This document shows, piece by piece, positions 33,016 through 46,510 of a stretch of DNA of 64,000 nt. The stretch covers positions 76,493-140,492 of the forward strand of contig NIVC01001950.1 in the NCBI GenBank assembly GCA_002269645.1, written 5' to 3'. This DNA is from Macrostomum lignano. Its lineage: Eukaryota. The notes beneath the pieces were generated by a model, which did not search any database, was not told where the DNA came from, and saw only the letters and a list, made by a program, of their open reading frames with translations. Both the position numbers and the translations under genes were made by a program. Position 1 is the stretch's first letter, and each line of letters begins with the position of its first letter.

Positions 33016-36000
33016 AAAAGATCTTTGCGGGAGAAAATCCGGTGGATTCGGCGACTGTTGCCCGAATCGAGAGAGCTGCTAGCCGGGCTGCAAGAGGCCA
33101 ATCGAACTGCCGATCCAAGCAAATAGCACGAATCTGACCTTTTACTGTCTGTATCATTCGCTCAACCTTCCCGTTCGCTTGTGGACGTCGTGCTGTGACA
33201 CGCGCCATGTCCACCTCGAGAAGTCGAGTGAGCTCAGATACGGTGCTGTTGACAAAGGCTGTACCGTTGTCCGAGACTATCTGTTCCATGCACCCGTACC
33301 TCGCGATCCATTCGGTCAGGATTTTGACTGCGGTCGTTTCCGCTGAAACATCGGCTACGGGAATGACCTCTACAAAACCCGAAAATCGGTCAACCATTAC
33401 AAGCAAGTACTTATATCCTGCTTGCTCGGGAAACGGGCCTGCGTGATCGACGTGGACCACCTGGTTCGGGTAGCCCGAGAGTTCGGGCTGCAGCGGGGCT
33501 TTATGCTTTAGTTTTGACTTTTTTGTTCTGGCGCAGACGTCACACTCAGCTATGATTCCCTTGACATAAGTTTCTAGGTCGGCGATGGCGAAACGAGATC
33601 GAATAGCTGTCAGGGTTTTTGTGATGCCGCAGTGATTGAGCTGTCGGTGGTATTTTGACACCAACTCGACAACATCTGTGGTCTCTGGAATCACTAACAG
33701 CTTATTGACTGATTTTTTGTTCTTTTTCGGCTTAAGGTGATATAAGAGCCCATTTTCGACTTTCAGTTCATCGAACAGCGACCACAATATTCTAACTTCA
33801 CGACTGCAACTCTGCAGGCTAGCCTTAGGAGGCTTTTCTGTACGGCCCTGCACGCAATCGATCAGCTGAGCGATGTCAACGCAAGTCTCTTGTGATTCAC
33901 GTGCCCATTCTAGTTCCGGGTCAACTGACTCGACTGAGGATTCGCTGGATGCCGATTGTTCGACTTCAGCTACCCTGACTGCTAGTCGAGACGTTTCGAT
34001 TGGCATTGTCGCTTCGACAGCGGCCTCTGTGACCGGAACTGTAGTGAAAAATGTGCACTGTGTTGATGTGTTGCTTGTGAATTTCTCGGTTTGACAGGCT
34101 GATGTTACTACTGTTTCGATATTGTGACAGCTCGTGACAGGCGAGTCTGTCTGGCAACATACGTCCGCTACAGAGCATTGCACTGCGGCGTCAACTTGTT
34201 GCCTTCTGATGTTAACTGATGCTGACTTTTTAGCTTTCTCGCTTTTAAATTTCTCTTGAAATTCAGGTACCATGCTGCATGACGGACAGTCGAAGTGATC
34301 TGCACGAAAGCGAGGATTTCGGCTCAGCATATCTGCCGCCACATGGTCTTTCCCTGGCCGGTACTGGACCTCAAAGTCGTATTCTCCGACTCTTTCAAGA
34401 GCTGACTGTTCGATCTTGAATTCGTACAAATCTATGGTCGCGAGCCACTGCGCGAGCATGCCTGTGGCATGTTTCTTAGAATGAAGCCACTGCAGGGCTG
34501 CGGCATCCACTCTGACTGTGAAAGGTCGATCTAACAGATATGTACGAAAGTGTTCTAGCATGAGTACTAACCCTAGTAACTCGCGCATGGTTGCGCAATA
34601 GTTCGACTGACTCTGTGAAAATTTCTTAGATGCGTACGCAACGACTTGTTCTGACCCATCTGGGCCAATCTGAGATAGCACGCCGCCAACTCCTTCAAGT
34701 GAACTGTCGCAGTCGAGCACGAACCCACGACTGTCGGGAGACAAGTCCGGATACGCTAATACCGGTGGGTTGCACAAACAGCGCTTGAGTTCTTGGAATG
34801 CGCGTTCGTGGCGTTCTAACCACACGAACTTTTCCGAACCTTTAGCCAGCGCGTACAGCGGCGTGGCAATAACTGAGAATCGTTGTACGAATTTCCTATA
34901 ATAGTTGGCAAAGCCAAGAAACGCCATTAACTGTTTCTTGTCTTTCGGTCTACACCACTCTTGGACTGCTCGAGTCTTGGCTGGGTCGGCTTCGATACCG
35001 TTAGACGAGACTATGAACCCTAAGAACTTAACTCTATCTTTAAATAGCTCACACTTCGCAGGTTTAATCTTCAGATTGGCCTTGCGAAGTTGCCAAAGCA
35101 CCAGCGCTAGGTGCGCGATCATTTGGTCATTATTCTGTGCTTTTATTATTATATCATCGAGGTAAATTAGGCTAACTTTCATAAGCAATGGCTGAAATAC
35201 CTTGTGCATTAATTTAGCGAAATTCGCTGGGGCTGTTTTGATTCCGAATGGTATTACTTTCCAACGAAACGTGCCCTGTGGACAAGAGAAAGCTGTAAAA
35301 TCTCTGTCTTCTTCTTTGATTCCCACCTGCCAATAGGCAGAGGTTAAGTCAAGGCTGCTGAACACCGAAGAACCAGCCAGGCTGTCAAACGACTCTTCAA
35401 TTAATGGCAATGGAAAACTACACGGTCGAATTAACTTGTTTACAGCTCGGTAGTCAATACATAGTCTCTGAGACCCATCTTTCTTCTTAACTAACACTAT
35501 CGGCGATACCCAGTCTGAATCACACTCTTCAATTACATCCTGCTTAAGCAATTGACTAATATGTTGATCTAAAAACTCGTTTTGAGCTGGAGTTGTTCTC
35601 CTCGAAGCGAGCAGAACCGGACGACTGTCCTTCTCAATCAGATCGATTGACATTTCATGCAGCTTTGTGCGACCGAGATCACTATCATCCTGTGAGATCT
35701 GGCTTAAAAAGTAATTAAGCATGCGCAAAGTTAGGGCTAATTGATTTGGAGTCAGACTGGACTGGTCGAGTCGGAACTGTTTCACAAGCCATTCTGCTGT
35801 ACCTTTTTCTGGTGGTGGTAATCTTGAAAGCTTACTGTTGAGGAGATTGCAGTTGTCTATGGAAAAATCCTTCTCAGACAAAGCAGTTGGTACTACAACT
35901 TCTCCATGACCGAGCTCTTGAAAAGATGCAATCTCTTGGTCACGCTCAATCCTAGCTGGTTGATCGCTACTATTTAGCAATCGGACTAACACGTGATTCG

Positions 36001-37981
36001 TCGGGCTGACTCTATCCACTGACCTAGCTACAAAAAATTCTGAGTCTGTATTGAAAAGTTTAGAGGAGACTGTGCCACTCAGGTTTGGCACAGTGTCAAT
36101 CACTCGACTCGGCACTAGGGTTTCCGAGTGAGGTGGTAGCTCAGAGGTACAAGCAGCCAATACACGGCGTATGCGAAACACCCCCTTATCGCCCTCGATC
36201 ACAGGCACTGCTCCACCGGCCACGAGTACCTGGCCACAGGTGAAATCCAGCAGCACCTGGAAACCACGGAGGAAATCAATACCTAAGAGCGATTCAGCAG
36301 TGGATTCTTCGGTCACAAGGAAAACGTGATGCTTTTTAATCTTGCCTAGTTCAACTTCGCAGCGCAAAGAGCCTAAAATCTTGGTGGTGGACCCGTTGAA
36401 AGCCGTTGCCTTTGCGTCTTTGTGCGCTGGCGAAAAGATGTTGTTGATCGGATCGGCTTCAACCAGTCTCTCCATGGCTTGCTTCCCCATCACGCTGGCG
36501 TTTGCCCCCGAGTCAAGGCAAGCCATGACTTGGTTGTCCCCGATTCGCAACTGGACAAAGAAGCTGGAATCCACCGCAGGCTCATCGGAACTAGTTTGGC
36601 CTAAATGCGTCTGATTGATCGATGGAATTGGCCTTACCCCACAAGCCTGATCGCGCTTCTTGCCCGAGTCAATTTTCCGATGGAATTGGACTCTTGTGCC
36701 CACGAGTTGGTGCTGGTCAGCCGAACGGTTCAAGGATTCAGACAGCTCACCACGGTGAAAGAAGAGCTGGTCGGGAAGTTGTTCTGATTGAATGAACCCG
36801 AAGTTCCCCTTCCAGGAAACAATTGAACCAACCTCCGACATATGCTGGGCCTGATTATTTGGAGGATGACTCTTAGCAGCGGTCTGGTGGGCTTTTGGAG
36901 GTGATGGTGTGATGGGACAGTCGGCAATGAAATGGTCCTCACCACCGCACCTGTAGCATTTCCTTGATCTGGACACCGCTGTACCAAATTGCTGAGTTGC
37001 CCCGTGATTTGGCGGTTGTTTATTCTTGTGCTTGTTATGTGGCTTGTGTTGGTTTGAATTTTGGATTGACTTGTTAGATGGTTGTGGTTGGTTGACAGCA
37101 ACAGGCTTGGAAACTCCAGCCTGGTTCTGGAGTCGAAGGAGTCTCTCTAGCTCTTGTACTCTTGCCTCCAGAGACGCCTTCTCGGTTTCAAGGACACGGA
37201 TATTCGCAGAGGAGTTTGGAGCGGGTTGCAGAAGTTGCTGAATACCAACGATCTCCTTGGCCTTCTTAACCAACTCGGCAGACGGGACAGTCTTAGCCTT
37301 TGCCCCACTAGACTCATCACTCACCCCTGCATCACTGCTCCAAAGCAAGAGTTTTTCTGCGAGCACCTTATCCCGAATGCCATGGCACAGCCTCGCTCGT
37401 AATAAAGGTTCAGCTTCAGTAGATGAGAGGTCTGCTAACCGGGCATAAGATGCTAACCCATCCTAAAACTCGGCAATCGATTCGGTGCTGTTCTGGTGAG
37501 CGGCAACTAGTTCCATATAACTTTTCTCCCTAACGTTAGAGTCAGTGTAACGCGCTCTCATAGACTTCAGTGCCTCTTCACAGGTCTGGTCCGTGAGATT
37601 GTTATTTAGAAAGTACTCCTGGCATTCTGGTGCCAGAAGGGACAGCAGGACTGAAGTCTGTTGAAAGTGAGGAACCCTATGAGCTTCAATGTAGGCATTG
37701 AACTGAGCTTCCCAGGCATCAAACTTCGTGGTGCAAGTGAACAACGGTGGCGGCCGAAGCTTAATGCCTGTAGCTGTTTCCTTCTGTTGACTCTGGTAGA
37801 ACGATTGAGAACGGGACTCTCTTGAGAATTGATTTTCTAACAACCGGTGCAGTGCGGCAATGGTACTAGCAAGAAGTGGCTCTGAGTCTGTAGTGTTACT
37901 TGACACAAACTTTCTTTCCTGAGCAGAAGCGGCTGGATTTGGAGAGCCAGCAGTGGCACCCCTGTCCTCGCGGTCACTCAT
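33002..37981 (-). CDS. Gag-Pol polyprotein (capsid, CCHC, cold-shock domain, protease, RT, RNase H, integrase); in-frame TAG at 37463-37465
   Basis: CYRCGGEDHFIADC; CLDSGA; IDYRAVN, YLDDII; DSSLEGVGGVL; HRQLNHCG..CDVC; VDHAGP..SDNG..GKVER. Confidence 0.92.
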
Positions 37982-38319
37982 GATCGGCTCGGCAACGAAG
38001 AGAAGGCAGCAAGAAAGAGAGAGAAAGCGGAAAACGAGAGAAGAACAAAAGCAAAAGCACACAGTGTCTGGCAGGACCTAATGCCCAGCCTAAAGAATCT
38101 AAACTAAAATCACACAAACCAAATGCTAACCTGCCAGACAAGAGTCCTAAAAGACACACACAGAGGGATTCATACCGGTTTACGAAACGTGATTGCGGGC
38201 TTAGCTGGTATCGTCGCTCGGACAGTCGTAGATGGCCTCTGGCGGATGCAGACTGTGTCTCGGCCGATGTGCAGATCGCTCCGGCCGATGGAGATCGTCT
38301 TTGGGCCACTTGCAGATAG

Positions 38320-38550
38320 CAGATCGCCTCAGCTCACCGCTGATCGCCAGAAATCGTCGCAGGTCGCTGCAGATCACCGCAGATGGTCTCAGATCGCCGC
38401 AGATTGCTGCAGATCGCCGTAGATCGTTGCAGATCGCCGCAGATCGCCGCAGAACGTCGCAGATCGCCACAGATCGCCGCAGATCGTCGCAGATCGCCGC
38501 AGATCGTCGCAGATCGTCGCAGATCGTCGCAGAACGTTGCAGATCGCCAC
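38320..38550. repeat. 10-bp tandem repeat in the retrotransposon 5' leader
   Basis: (GCAGATCGCC/T)n. Confidence 0.85.
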
Positions 38551-41500
38551 AAATAACAACGAAAATAGGCAGATGGGTGATCTAAGACCTCCGAGGAGCC
38601 GTGCGGGTCGAGTTGAGTCTCGGTGGGACTTCCAAATTTATGTGACGAATAAAGGCAGGAAGACGTGCAGTTTGTGTAGCGATTAAATTTGATAATCTAG
38701 AGCCAGTAGCCGACTTCCCTTAGCGTAAATTGCAGATTCAGATTTGGTATGTTGAATTGAAGGTTAGGTTTTGATTGGTAGCTGCTTAATTTTAGTGCGA
38801 CTAAAGCAATTGAATGCGACGGCTAAGGGGCCCGCGAGAAGCGGAGCGAAAACTCAGGAGAGAAGGGGGAGAGCGGCGGCTGGCTGCAAGCGTATATTTA
38901 ATTGGTAAGGTAAACAGATAACAAACAACAGCGACCCTAATCCAAAACCCAGACAAACCCCCACGCGGCGCGCAATGTACATGTACAAATCAATCGATAA
39001 ATATATCATGCAAGAATAACATACGTCAGTACATGTACATAGGTAGAACTACCTTACGATAAATAATAACGATATGAATGAAATACAAATAATAGAATAA
39101 ATACATACGAGGCTACAAAAACAAATCAATTAACAGTAAAAATAGCGCGATAATAATACGTACGAATATTGTTAAAATAAATGGAAGAATACAGTAGTAG
39201 CACGGTATGCATATGAAAATAAAGAAATACGATACACGCGTTTCTACGAATCACACTGTCACAATATCTTAAAAGTTCTTATAGGGAAGATAACAAACTC
39301 ATTACGTTAGAAGCATATAAAAAATATTTTCCCAAAGGGACCCGTAGTATACACCGTATATACATACACGTATACTAAATTTTTGTTTGTTATATAAATT
39401 TTGTAAGCTGAATAATTGTTCATAATGAAAATGCATCATCATTGGATGGGGTCATAACAATGCTCATAACAGCCAGCCAATTTTATTCAACAATGAACTC
39501 TGCCTCTGCCTTCAATATTCGTAATTGCAGCTTCCATCCTGCATAAAAGTTCTTTTTTAACGGATGCTTAAAATTGATAAATCTTTAAAAAATTGCGATA
39601 AACAAAATTACGCTTAGAAAACTGACATCCTACTTTATCTTTTTTTGCACGACTTGCAGTATTAAAATAAAAAAAAACTAGCTTTACTAGCTATAAAGCT
39701 CTACCTTAACTTTTTTCTTAAAAAGTCGTTTCGTCTGACGGCAGACGAAATGACCACGCACCGGCCTATCGCCTAGATACCCTAAGGGCCTAACCCCTAA
39801 CCCAAAATAAGCCTATCTAAACTAGATAGATTACTAGATCTTACTTTTCAAGCTATCTAGAGGCTTTGAAAGAGTTCTAGTTTGTTTTATTGCTTTTAGT
39901 ACAAAAGAACAAATCAAAAGTTTTTATTAAACTTGTTCATTTCAATAAAAATAAAAGGCTAAAAAGGGTAAGTTTACACCTCATTAATTTACTTGTTTTT
40001 ATATATTTATAATTTTATTTCAATAAACATTAATACCATCATGGTATCAATGTTAAGTAGATATTATAAATCTTACATCATAATAAATATTCCATCAAAA
40101 GTATAGTCCAGACTTCAAGACTTTATTAGTGAGTTTTTGAAAGTTTTATAGTAGACCTAACTTTTTATTTTATTTAATAAAATAATATATCATTTTGACT
40201 CATTCACTAGAATACAAATGTAGGGGCCTAAAAGTTTTCAAAGTTGCTAATGAAAAATTCTACAATAATTCTATTGCTGTGACCAGGGCAGTTGTAAACA
40301 AGACTAAGTTATAGGCCTAATTATATCAAACTTGGCAATTTTTCTATTTTGGGTATTAAATCCTACCACTAGTGAGGTGGGGGTAAAGAAGTTTTCTTGG
40401 AAATTGGTTGGTTTTTTTTGAAATTTGCTGGCACCAGTGAGGTAGGGCAGATTCCTCGTTTGAATTACTGCCAACATTAGGTTCGCACAAATGAAGCTGG
40501 AAATCGCGCAGATGAATCACAACAAAATTTCTTCTCTTGTTTTACTCTGACAGCCAGGTTCTCGTAATCATAGCAGAGCGGTCATTAGCGGCGCAGTCAT
40601 TCAAAGCGATGAAACATTGGAGATTTCTGGCTTGATAAATTAATGCGTCAATTTGTTGAGCTAGTTACTTTTAGTAGGGTAGTTGCTGCCACCACTGTAA
40701 TTTACGTATTACGGAACGAATGAGTCTCAGAGCTTTCTTTGAGATAAGATCTTTGGTTATTATACGCCCTACAAGCAAATGACTCAAGAAATACTATGGG
40801 CGAAATCCAAAAACGTGGGACATATTTTTTCAGATTTCATTTTTTGCAAGTAAAAAACAAGTAAATGGCTAAGAATTATTGAAAATCTACCAAAGAATCA
40901 AGAAAGTATAATAAAAGCACAAATAAACTGTATATAAAGTGTGCTTGAAAGAAAAGATTTGTTAAAACTTTGAACTAAATAACGATTAAAATAGTGCTGA
41001 TAAAACAGTTAATAAAGCTTTTTTACTATAGTAAATAACCTTAAATAAGTTATTTGTATCAAGTTTTTATTAGCATGGTCACATTTTGCAAATAATTTAG
41101 GTGTATTTTGTTAATGTCATTGTTGCTCCTAACAACCTTTATAATTTGCGATTAAAAGTGGTTACTTCTTGGAGTCATTTACTAAATTGAACGCGTCATT
41201 TAATGTGTTAGGGAAAATTAAATTTACGTTATTAATACTTAGTAAACCTCTCTTTTCAGAGTATCAACTGTAAAGCAAGTTAGAAGAGTGCCATTGTAAG
41301 TTTAAAGTACAATTTTTACCTGGAATAACTTTATGAATTTAATTTGCAACATCTTTTTTTAATTTAACAATAATTAAAAATTCTCGAGATTTAAATTCAA
41401 TTATGCTTTTTCCTTTGCAGAGTGCTCCATGATACTGAATGCGATCAGTAATCCAAGTCTCAGATTTTAAGTCTTCCAGAACGATTATTTCGGCATATTG

Positions 41501-42891
41501 ATTAACTTTTGATATTAAATATACAATGTAAAAGATTTTTCAATGTCAAACATTTTTAATCAAAGAAAAGGTCTGGCATTAATCTATTTAAATTTAAGCA
41601 CTTTAACTCATGCATCAAGTTCTGTTAATAAGAAACTACTACTAGTGTTAATTATATATTTGAATTGTTATTACAAAACTTAAAAACAGTATTAACATTA
41701 AAAAAATGCAGAACATGAAAAGTAACGGTTAATACAAATAACATTATATTAATTAATAATGTGATAATTCTTCTTACAAAATGCAGTAAAAAGCAAAAAA
41801 AATTATTACAAAACTTATTGGTGTAGCATTTAAAAAACATTAAGGTGCCAATTTGCTGAGTTATTTAAACCTCTTCAAATTTTCCAAAGAAGTTAAATTT
41901 GACTTTCATATTTTGTGTTTCTTGATTTTCCTTCATTTATTTTTTATAACTGCAAATTGGCACTTGTCTCCCTTCTTTCTACATGCCACTAAGTCAGTGA
42001 CTGCTTCGTCTTCATTTTTTTTTCTTTCTTTGGGTGTTTGATTTACTTTCCCCTTTGGTGGCACTTCCAACATTGGGCACTTCTTTTTGGCAGCAATATA
42101 GTCCTGGACTGTGTACGTTTTGTCCATTATCTGAAATGTAAGCACAAGAATGAACTGAATTAGTTGGAAGTTGGAACCAAAAAATGAATTGGCTTTAAGC
42201 AGAAAAAAATGTAAATAAATGCACTATAGTGGCATGACTTATCTAATGTAGGCCAGAATGACATTTAATAGACTTTTAAATTTCATAAACTTTTAATAGA
42301 CATTCTCTACGAGAGGAGTTAAGTCTTGAGCTTCAGAAAAAGTATAAATCATGTAATATTTGGCTTATGTAAGTACCATTAAATAAGTGGGTTACACCAT
42401 GCAACAACAAATAACTAATAAGTATATGTTTTGTAAGTGTCAAAAGGAAATGAATAAGATGGAAGACAAAGTCAGCTAAACATTTATTCCTGTCAGCTAC
42501 ACAATGCTGACCCTAAATAATTGACTAAGCTCAACTACTATCGCAGTAATAAGGGTCCCTAAGTCCCTAGTACTTATAGTCAAATTTTGGGTTGCATAGC
42601 CATTAGATGAGCTGATGCACACTTGTAGACGATGCAGCTTTGTACTTTGCCATAGTGTAGTCCGTGTAGTGCAGCTTGTAATTCACCAGTCGCCATAGTG
42701 TAGTCCTTCATCCTGGTGTTATCAGCTGAGTCCATCCTCGTCCTAGGTGTTTAAAGTATTTTATTGGCATTATTACTGCGTAGCATAATCAATGACTTCA
42801 TAGACCTATATTTTAATACATGTAGAAGTGTACTAAAAAAGTAAAAAAGAACTAAAAGTATTAAAGTCAAAAGTCTATACGCAGGCATCCA

Positions 42892-43108
42892 TCAGTCATC
42901 CCTCCTACAATCCTCGCAAAAGTACATGTCAGGTAGGTCGTTGTAGTCAAAACCAATACAGTAAAGGTGGAACCAGTCATCACATCCATCACAGGCAGTC
43001 ATTTCTATCTCTTGGCGCTCCGGTGGCAGGCTTGAGATGATGCAGTCTGGCGCCTTGCACTTGTTCCAGTCGCCGCCATGTCGTCCTTCATCCTGTTGTC
43101 TGCGGCCG

Positions 43109-43150
<42 letters not shown>

Positions 43151-45604
43151 GTTGGTGCTGTCCCGTCGGCCGCTTGCTGGATGGTCCTAGTTTGTGCCGG
43201 TGCCAATGGTACCCAGAGTAAAGCACCATGGCAGCTGCAGGTCTCGGTGGGATCAGAGCAGCAGCAAACTAGCTGCCTGTAGATGATCCCTGCCTGCGTC
43301 CGGCTCACGTGGTGCGTGTAGCGAATACCTTTCATGTCGAGCAGATTGGCAGCGCTGATGTATTCCATCCATGTGTCGATTTCCGCCGATGTCACTGTGA
43401 ACAGTTTGGTCTTCAGTTGTTTCTCCGCATTGAGCACTCGCAGCATGTCGTCTAGTGAAGCAACATCAGTTCCTGCTGCTGCAGCTGCGTCGCATTGTCG
43501 CTTGATGTTGCCGCCCACTCCGTCCGCGGCACCTTTGCCATGTCCAGCCTCCGTGTAGATCCATTGCCAGTCGCTGATGTTTCGCCTGCGCATAAGCTCA
43601 TCAAAGCCAAAGATATTCTTCTTGTTACGATATTGGCTGCTGGGCGAGTCCGAAATGATGCTGACTCGCCCGATGCCGGAAGCTGCGAAGTGGTCTAGGA
43701 CAAGGCTAAGATGTGCTGCTATGGCACCAGCAACCTGGAGATTCAGATAAAGATGCATTCCGGTTAAAATATTGGAAGTTGGGTCTATTTCTACAAGTTT
43801 TCCCTAACACTTCTTTCAGACAAAAATGTCTTACTTTGCGGTTGTCATCAGACAGCGATGCGAAGGACTTTGCGATCACTTTGGGGTTGCCTGGTACCCT
43901 CCAGTAGGCGACGCCTTGGTGGATGGTCACCTCACTGTGGCCACCAAAGTGTGCAGCTGTAACTTCAGTTCCGTACTTGAGTCTGTAGTTCTCGGAGAAG
44001 TCCACATGCAGGAGCAGGTGACCTGGCTTTAGAGACGCCTTCAGTTGTTCAATTGCTACATATTGATGACGAATTCGCATGTAGTGGCCAGCATAGTCAG
44101 AGAGGTCCTTGTCTAGCTTGGCGATGATCTCCTCCTTGGTGGCTGTTTTGTCGATCAGTTTCGTAGATTGGAACCTGGATTCCTGAACAATTTCCCAGGC
44201 CTTGTAGTGCACGGTTTCTAAAGCTGGTCCCTCTGGATTGATGGCAGTCTTGTTTTGGCAGCTTGTGCACTGTCTTTTAAAGCAAGCATGCTGTTCAGAG
44301 TTGGTACAGATGATTGTTTTCAGCAGCTTATGCTTGTCCTTAGACCTGACAAGCTTGACCGCATGCATGGCAGCGAGAAGCAGCTACAAACAAAATAGTG
44401 CAAATCAAGGTGCAAGTGCAATTTGGGCGTCGTGCAGTGTGCAGTGTGCTATAGACTTGTGAAATGGTGTTAGTTATTACAAACAACTAAAATTAGTAAA
44501 ATTACACAGTATTAGTATTTTACATACATCAAGGTTGGTGCATTGCTTGCAAAGACACTGGTCCCGGTCATCCAGCCGTGGCTTGACAATGTACCGCGGT
44601 TTCCACTTGTAGAAACTGCTTCTGCTCACTTTGCAATTCGGATGCTCCTTCTTGAACTTCTTGAAAAGGGCGTTCCGAGTGCGAAGGAGATACCTCTTCT
44701 GGTGATGGACTCCCTTGACGCAGATGGTCTCCTTCTTGGAAGCACTGGCGCGTGTGTTGTCATCTCGCTCGTAGAACTTGATGACCAGGGCTTCTTGTTG
44801 GCGCTCGACCCGATGCTTTTGTACCTTCTTCACAACCTTGTGGGTGCATTGGAGTTTCTTTAGGACCTTCTCTCGAATGTTGGCAGGTGCAGACTTGCAG
44901 ATCTTGGACACGGTGAGTCGGACGGCAGTCAGCTTCTTGTTGGACACCAGGGCATCGATGATGTGGTCGGTCGTTTCGACATCCTCAGCAGATGAAACCT
45001 GAAAACCTAAAACGGGGTAGGCGGATGATTTTTGTGCAGATTTAAGCTCCCTAATCTTTTTGCGAAGCCTCTCTGATTCAGCTCCAGCAGCCACCATCCG
45101 GTTCGTGAGCTTTGCTCGCTCTCTCTGAGTTGCAGCGGCAGACTTCAGGTTGGACTTGGTCACAACAGTACTGTCAGCAGTCTGGACGTCGGCCTCGGTC
45201 ATCACAGTACTGTCAGTCTGGACGTCGGCCTCGGTTGTCACAGTACTGTCAGCAGTCTGGACGTCGGCCTCGGTCATCACAGTACTGTCAGTCTGGACTT
45301 CGGTCTCAGTTGTCACAGCACTGTCAGCCTTTGAATCCACAGTACCTGCGTCCTCAGCGGTGATGGTGGCTGCTGCTGAATCACGGAGTTCCTGCTTCTT
45401 CTTGGCTCTTGACTTGGCCATGGCCTTCCGCTTTTGCTCACGACGAACACTCAGCTCTTCATCTGTTGCCGTGGCAAGCTGCTTCTGGTAGCGATTGCGG
45501 TCAGACTCACGTCGGCGCTCCTTGAAGGTGGGGTCCATGGCTTTCTGTTCCTGATATTGTTGAACAGAGCTGAGCTTCCTCTTGGAGCACTTGGTCTTCG
45601 TCAT
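42892..45604 (-). CDS. Spliced DDE transposase (exons 45604-44528, 44383-43835, 43734-42892; ~822 aa) with RG tract and C-terminal PHD finger
   Basis: CLCKQC, VDFSENY, ISDSPSSQYRNK, EAGHGKGAADGVGG; phase-0 GT-AG introns; C..C...CDGCDDWFHLYC..FCEDC. Confidence 0.82.
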
Positions 45605-45934
45605 ATCTGAAACTGTGAATTAGCAAAAATTACAGTAGCACATAGTACATAAACTATACTATGTACTACTGTAATTCTTGCTTTTTCTCAACACTTGTAC
45701 AACATAGAATTGTGAGTAAACTTGAGTGCTTTACTTTTGCAATGTGCAAGGTGCAAAGTGCAAGGATTTACACTGCTAACAAATCCATTTGAACTTACAA
45801 AATTTTTAATAGTTAAATAATAAAATCATTTTGTTTTCATTGTGCTATACCTCATCATGCACAATACAATTGTTGCTATAAATTTGCAAGACTCCAAACC
45901 AGAATGTTTTTGTCTGCTTCGAAAATTAGAAAAT

Positions 45935-46095
45935 TGAAGGTTTAAGTATTTCTCTTCTTGAGGTTTCCAGTGCTTTTAGTGATATATTGAAGGTTCAAGT
46001 ATTTCTCTTCTTGAGGTTTCCAGTGCTTTTAGTGATATATTGAAGGTTCAAGTATTTCTCTTCTTGAGGTTTCCAGTGCTTTTAGTGATATATTT
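45935..46095. repeat. 53-bp tandem repeat x3
   Basis: Units at 45935, 45988, 46041. Confidence 0.85.
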
Positions 46096-46510
46096 GTATG
46101 GACCAGTCACTAAAGCAGGGTTGGGGGTTGCTATTATATAGCATATATACTGTGCTTTCCACTCACCATTGTCTTTATCTTTTATATCTAGTTATGTAAC
46201 AATTGTTGCCTTATTTTTAACCTGGGTTATTGATCTAATAAATGAAAAGAAGCTTTGTCAATTATCAGTCACATCTTTTGGGTATATTGCCAGTCTGCAA
46301 ATAGTGTTTTAATAATTTATTCATTAATCAATTCAACATTAGTGAATAGAATTGGCCATGATCTGCAAGTGTATCAAGGGATTCAGTTAGCTGTCCTAAA
46401 ATGCTAAACTAGTTTATAACAAAATGAAAAATACCAAAACTGCCTTACTAGTTGTTTGAAGTGTATTATACATAGAAATTATAAAAGTACACTTATTCAA
46501 CACCTTATTT

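Larger units (their letters stand above)
30714..39263 (-). mobile_element. Ty3/gypsy LTR retrotransposon: 5' LTR 38641-39263, PBS 38618-38634, PPT 31084-31094, 3' LTR matching over only ~30948-31083
   Basis: LTR ends TGTGAC..GTCACA; PBS TGGAAGTCCCACCGAGA is one mismatch from the tRNA-Gln 3' end; PPT AGAGGGGCGGG; gag-PR-RT-RH-IN order. Confidence 0.9.

Noticed and set aside
37463-37465. In-frame TAG as programmed gag-pol readthrough
   Set aside because: It falls inside the capsid region, upstream of the zinc knuckle rather than at the gag/pol boundary; more likely a nonsense mutation.
39720-39810. Helitron/Helentron-like hairpin plus CTAACCC
   Set aside because: Only a short hairpin and two telomere-like units; no diagnostic termini.
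41933-42145. Small Lys-rich ORF inside the Sola-like element as a second gene
   Set aside because: 70 aa, no recognisable domain; cannot be supported without expression data.
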